Notes under the pieces: model-generated
The model's database searches: none
Seen by the model: only the letters and a program-made list of their open reading frames with translations
Told to the model about the DNA's origin: nothing
Shown: positions 60,777-64,000 of the stretch, piece by piece
How the letters are laid out: each line of letters opens with the position of its first letter
How positions within the stretch are numbered: the first letter of the stretch is position 1
Origin: an uncultured Planctomycetales bacterium
GTDB lineage: Bacteria > Omnitrophota > Gorgyraeia > Zapsychrales > JBDRMG01
Length of the DNA: 64,000 nucleotides
Assembly: GCA_964478715.1 (NCBI GenBank)
Contig: CAYZIY010000008.1
Span: forward strand, 17,704 to 81,703
Direction of reading: 5' to 3'
Program-made: the position numbers and the translations under genes

Positions 60777-61855
60777 GAATCAGTGTTGCCGTGATCACCT
60801 GTGCTTTGATTTGCATCGGGGTAGGCATGATTTACAGCGCAAGCGCGGTCTATGCTTTGAAGGAGCTTAATAATGACGGCGCTTATTTTTTGAAAAGACA
60901 TTTGCTTTTCTTAAGCATCGGATTTCTCTTGGCCATTGCCGTTATGACAATACCCTATCAAATCCTTCAAAAATGGGCGAAACCCTTGTTGCTGTGTTCT
61001 GTGGTTCTTTTGATTCTGGTTCTCATTCCCGGAATAGGAAAAATGGTTTCTGGCGCCCGGCGATGGATTCCGATAGGTCCCTTTAGTTTTCAGCCATCGG
61101 AATTTGCTAAACTAACCGTGATTATTTATATGGCGGATTTTCTTGCCCGCAAGAAAAGAAAAATCAGAGATCTCTGGGAAGGGATTGTGCCTGTAATGAT
61201 TGTCTTGGGTTGTGTGAGTCTTTTGATTTTGAAGCAGCCAGATTTAGGGACAGCCGTGAGTATTATTGTGATCGTCTTTATGATGCTGTTTGTAGCCGGC
61301 AGTCGTTTGAAGTATTTGGCTTCTATCGGTTTGCTGGCACTGCCGGTTCTCTATTTTTTAGTGGTCAGGGTTTCTTATCGACGGGTCCGAGTCATGGCTT
61401 TTCTTGATCCCTGGCAGGATCCTCAGGGAATCGGATTTCAGCTGACGCAGTCTCAAATTGCTTTAGGGACAGGGAAATTTTTCGGTGTCGGTTTAGGAAA
61501 AGGAATCCAGAAATTGTTTTATTTGCCAGCGGCGCATACGGATTTTATCTTTTCGATTATCGGTGAAGAATTTGGGTTGATGGGGACCTTTTGCGTGATT
61601 GCCTTATTCGTTCTTTTGATTTGGCAGGGCGCCAGGATAGCTAAAAGAACACAAGAGCCATTTGGATATTTTTTGACTGTTGGCCTATTGGTGATGATCG
61701 GCTTTCAGGCCGTTGTTAATATCGGAGTTAGTATCGGGATGTTGCCGACCAAAGGATTGCCACTGCCTTTTATTAGCTACGGGGGTTCGGCTTTAATCAT
61801 TAACATGATCGCGATTGGTTTATTATTGAACATATCGCGGATGCAAGAATTATGA
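60764..61855 (+). CDS. ftsW: Peptidoglycan glycosyltransferase FtsW (SEDS family)
   Basis: 'QPSEFAKL', 'LPAAHTDFIFS' and 'GLPLPFISYGGS' are present. Confidence 0.9.
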   Translation: MRHLRISVAVITCALICIGVGMIYSASAVYALKELNNDGAYFLKRHLLFLSIGFLLAIAVMTIPYQILQKWAKPLLLCSVVLLILVLIPGIGKMVSGARRWIPIGPFSFQPSEFAKLTVIIYMADFLARKKRKIRDLWEGIVPVMIVLGCVSLLILKQPDLGTAVSIIVIVFMMLFVAGSRLKYLASIGLLALPVLYFLVVRVSYRRVRVMAFLDPWQDPQGIGFQLTQSQIALGTGKFFGVGLGKGIQKLFYLPAAHTDFIFSIIGEEFGLMGTFCVIALFVLLIWQGARIAKRTQEPFGYFLTVGLLVMIGFQAVVNIGVSIGMLPTKGLPLPFISYGGSALIINMIAIGLLLNISRMQEL

Positions 61856-62925
61856 AAACGGTTATTTTCTCTACAGGAGGTTCCGGAGGTCATATTTATC
61901 CAGCGCTTGGTCTTGCGCATATGCTGAAAAAAGATTATCGAATTCTCTTTATGGGCAGCTTCAAGGGATTTCGAGTTAAGATCGAACAGCAAGGGTTTCC
62001 GACTCAGGAATTACAAGGAAGGGGACTGCAAAAGAAAACGATGAAGGATTTGATACACACTGTTATTGTGACGATTGTCAGTTTGGTAAAAGCCTATCAA
62101 GCTGTCAAAAAAAGCAGACCTGAATTAATCGTGGGATTCGGAGGTTACGGCTCCCTGGCTCCGGTTATGGCCGCGTTTGCTTTACGGGTGCCGATATGTA
62201 TTCACGAGCAAAATGTTTATCCCGGACGAGCCAATCGCTTTCTTGCTGTTTTAGCCGATCGTGTCGCCGTTAGCTTTTCCGAAAGCCTGCCGTTCTTTGA
62301 TTCAAGTAAAACAACGGTAACGGGTTGTCCGGTTCATGTCCGATCTGTCAGCGAAACCAGGGACCAGCTCTTTAAGAAATGGAAATTAGATCCGAGAAAG
62401 CCAGTAGTGTTGATTTTAGGAGGAAGCCAGGGGAGCTTCCGGATTAATAGCATTTGGATGCGGGTGTGTCGAGAACGCACGGATCGCGGGAAGTGGCAAA
62501 TTATTCATGTCAGCGGTTTGCGCGATTTAGAACAAACGAAAAGATGTTATCAAGATTTGGGTTTTAAGGCCGTTGTTCATGATTTTATTGATAATATAGA
62601 GGAAGCCTATATTTTAAGTGATTGCGTGGTCTCTCGGGCCGGGGCCTCAACGCTTGCCGAAATCGCCTTACTGCAGAAATGTGCCGTTCTGATTCCTTAT
62701 CCTCATGCCAATGACCATCAGAAGAAAAATGCCCAGATAATTGGCCAAAGACCGGGGATTGAGGTTATAATAGAAGATGAGCTTTCAGTCGAGAGTCTTA
62801 GTGGAAAACTGGCAAAATGTTTATCCATAGCCGCAGGCCGCAAAGAACAGGTGCTCCCTGATAAAGTTGAATTTTCTGCCGCCGGAGAGAAAATGGTTCG
62901 ATTGATAAAGGAATTAAGCGAGTGA
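61852..62925 (+). CDS. murG: Undecaprenyldiphospho-muramoylpentapeptide beta-N-acetylglucosaminyltransferase
   Basis: 'GGSGGHIYPAL', 'GGYGS' and 'RAGASTLAE' are present. Confidence 0.9.
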   Translation: MKTVIFSTGGSGGHIYPALGLAHMLKKDYRILFMGSFKGFRVKIEQQGFPTQELQGRGLQKKTMKDLIHTVIVTIVSLVKAYQAVKKSRPELIVGFGGYGSLAPVMAAFALRVPICIHEQNVYPGRANRFLAVLADRVAVSFSESLPFFDSSKTTVTGCPVHVRSVSETRDQLFKKWKLDPRKPVVLILGGSQGSFRINSIWMRVCRERTDRGKWQIIHVSGLRDLEQTKRCYQDLGFKAVVHDFIDNIEEAYILSDCVVSRAGASTLAEIALLQKCAVLIPYPHANDHQKKNAQIIGQRPGIEVIIEDELSVESLSGKLAKCLSIAAGRKEQVLPDKVEFSAAGEKMVRLIKELSE

Positions 62926-63722
62926 ACAGAAGATTACTATGCCTGATCGTTGTTTTGTTTTTTATTCAAGTGCCAATAATCAGCGGCAATGGAAACAGGC
63001 AAGATAGCTGGAAGGAATACAAAAGCAGGCATTTCGAGATTTATTACAAAAAGGCCCCGGACGATTTCATTCGCACGGTGGCAGAATCCGCTGAGCAATA
63101 TTATCAGGATATTACCAGAAATTTAGGATTTTTTCGGACCGAAAGCTGGGCTTGGGACAGGCGGGCAAAAATATATATTTATGATGATCGGGATCAATAT
63201 GTAGAGAAAGCCCGACAGGCTCATTGGTCCCATGGCGCGGCTCAGGCGATTGACAAAGTTATTCGCACTTTTCCGACGGATCACGGTTTTTTCGATTCCA
63301 CTCTGCCGCACGAGTTAGGTCATATTATCTTTCGCGAATTTGTTGGTTACCGGTCTAATATTCCCCTGTGGATGGATGAAGGAGTGGCGATGTTTCAGGA
63401 AAAAGCGAAACGATGGGGTGCTAATAGTTTTGTCAGAGAAGCTCTTAAAGACGGATCGTTTATTCCGATTCCTGAATTGACTCAAATCAGAAGAATAGAC
63501 AACTCAACGCCTAGGGAAAAAATCAATCTCTTTTATGCGGAAGCGGCCAGTATCGTTTATTTTTTGGTCACCGATCAAGGCCGTTATCGGTTTGTCAATT
63601 TTTGCAAGCAGTTGAAAAAGGGTATGCGTTTTGATTATGCCCTTCATGAAGCGTATCGGAGATTTGAGAATCTCGATGATCTCAATGAAGCCTGGGTAAA
63701 TTTTTTGATGAGAAAACGATGA
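62922..63722 (+). CDS. Secreted putative gluzincin-type zinc metallopeptidase (HExxH...E)
   Basis: A signal/anchor 'LLCLIVVLFFIQVPII' is followed by 'TLPHELGHIIFREF' and 'WMDEGVAMFQE', which parallels the M1/MA-clan 'WLNEGFA' motif. The gene sits between murG and murC. Confidence 0.55.
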   Translation: MNRRLLCLIVVLFFIQVPIISGNGNRQDSWKEYKSRHFEIYYKKAPDDFIRTVAESAEQYYQDITRNLGFFRTESWAWDRRAKIYIYDDRDQYVEKARQAHWSHGAAQAIDKVIRTFPTDHGFFDSTLPHELGHIIFREFVGYRSNIPLWMDEGVAMFQEKAKRWGANSFVREALKDGSFIPIPELTQIRRIDNSTPREKINLFYAEAASIVYFLVTDQGRYRFVNFCKQLKKGMRFDYALHEAYRRFENLDDLNEAWVNFLMRKR

Positions 63723-64000
63723 AAAAATTTCATTTTATCGGAATCGGCGGTATCGGCATGGGAACGATCGCCTCATTGCTGTGCGACAAAGGTTTTGAGG
63801 TCAGCGGTTCCGATCTGAGGGAAAACCAACTGACCGATCAACTCAAATCCAAGGGCGCCCATATTTTTATCGGACATCAAAGGGAGAATGTCGATCAGGC
63901 GGATATGGTTGTTTTTTCATCCGCGATCAAAAAAGATAATCCCGAAATTCAGGAAGCAAGAAAAAGAGGGATCACTTGTTTGCGCCGGGCGCAGATGTTA
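63719..64000 (+). CDS. murC: UDP-N-acetylmuramate--L-alanine ligase, 3' partial
   Basis: 'FHFIGIGGIGMGTIASLL' is present. The gene runs off the end of the window. Confidence 0.85.
   Translation, partial: MKKFHFIGIGGIGMGTIASLLCDKGFEVSGSDLRENQLTDQLKSKGAHIFIGHQRENVDQADMVVFSSAIKKDNPEIQEARKRGITCLRRAQML

Overview
This is a 64-kb bacterial chromosomal segment of about 45% GC with almost every gene on the + strand. TAG, TGA and TAA are all used as stop codons. About 85% of the window is conserved core functions, and no CRISPR array, rRNA or obvious IS transposase was seen.

Core content, in order:
- An oxidative-stress and metal cluster (0.0-7.7 kb): a Tpx-PCD fusion (5' partial), a PncB-PncA fusion, an NrnA-like DHH protein, hemerythrin-like and rubrerythrin-like proteins, a YHS(TRASH)-domain permease, and a nickel superoxide dismutase with a Sec-type leader.
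- Tandem MscS channel genes (10.0-12.0 kb); the first carries an in-frame TAG inside the conserved 'DSSINF-V-RxW' block.
- A UvrD-type helicase fused to a Cas4-like Fe-S nuclease, then gpmI, a family-4 UDG, a polysaccharide deacetylase, a GT39/ArnT-like transferase, an M28 peptidase and a TIGR04073-like small secreted protein.
- rpsO-pnp-ftsK-rodZ-rimO-pgsA-pgpA.
- A rearranged riboflavin operon, ribBA-ribH-nusB-PHP-ribD-ribE, translationally coupled to a catalytically dead KAS homolog plus FabG and FabZ.
- tRNA-Pro(CGG), acyP, ligA, xer, CCA-adding enzyme, and rbfA-nrnA-truB-ribF.
- The dcw cluster mraZ-rsmH-ftsL-ftsI-murE-murF-mraY-murD-ftsW-murG-murC, with an extra secreted HExxH metallopeptidase inserted between murG and murC.

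The most unusual part is a roughly 4.4-kb accessory island at 12.55-16.94 kb, inserted between a membrane-anchored hypothetical protein and the helicase. It contains:
- a family of about 70-bp self-palindromic repeats (core GGGGTCAAGTCTCTACTTGAC ... GTCAAG ... CCCCGTACAC) flanking a DUF4143-type AAA ATPase gene that is transcribed from a leaderless promoter;
- a hairpin-dense non-coding stretch;
- a 55-aa AbrB/MazE-like ORF below the ORF-track size cut-off, with a tandem palindromic operator;
- a protein joining the N-terminal domain of DUF1016/YhcG to a staphylococcal-nuclease (SNase) domain in place of the usual PD-(D/E)xK nuclease;
- a small lysine-rich protein behind a double inverted-repeat operator (TTACCAAACA-N22-TGTTTGGYAA, twice);
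- the decayed remnant of a nucleotidyltransferase-like gene.

I consider this island a candidate for a previously undescribed nuclease-based defence or addiction module. Two further points stand out: the region 42.7-43.1 kb looks like a promoter-driven structured ncRNA that carries a 14-nt copy of the tRNA-Pro 5' end, and the dead KAS homolog sits in an apparent operon with FabG and FabZ.
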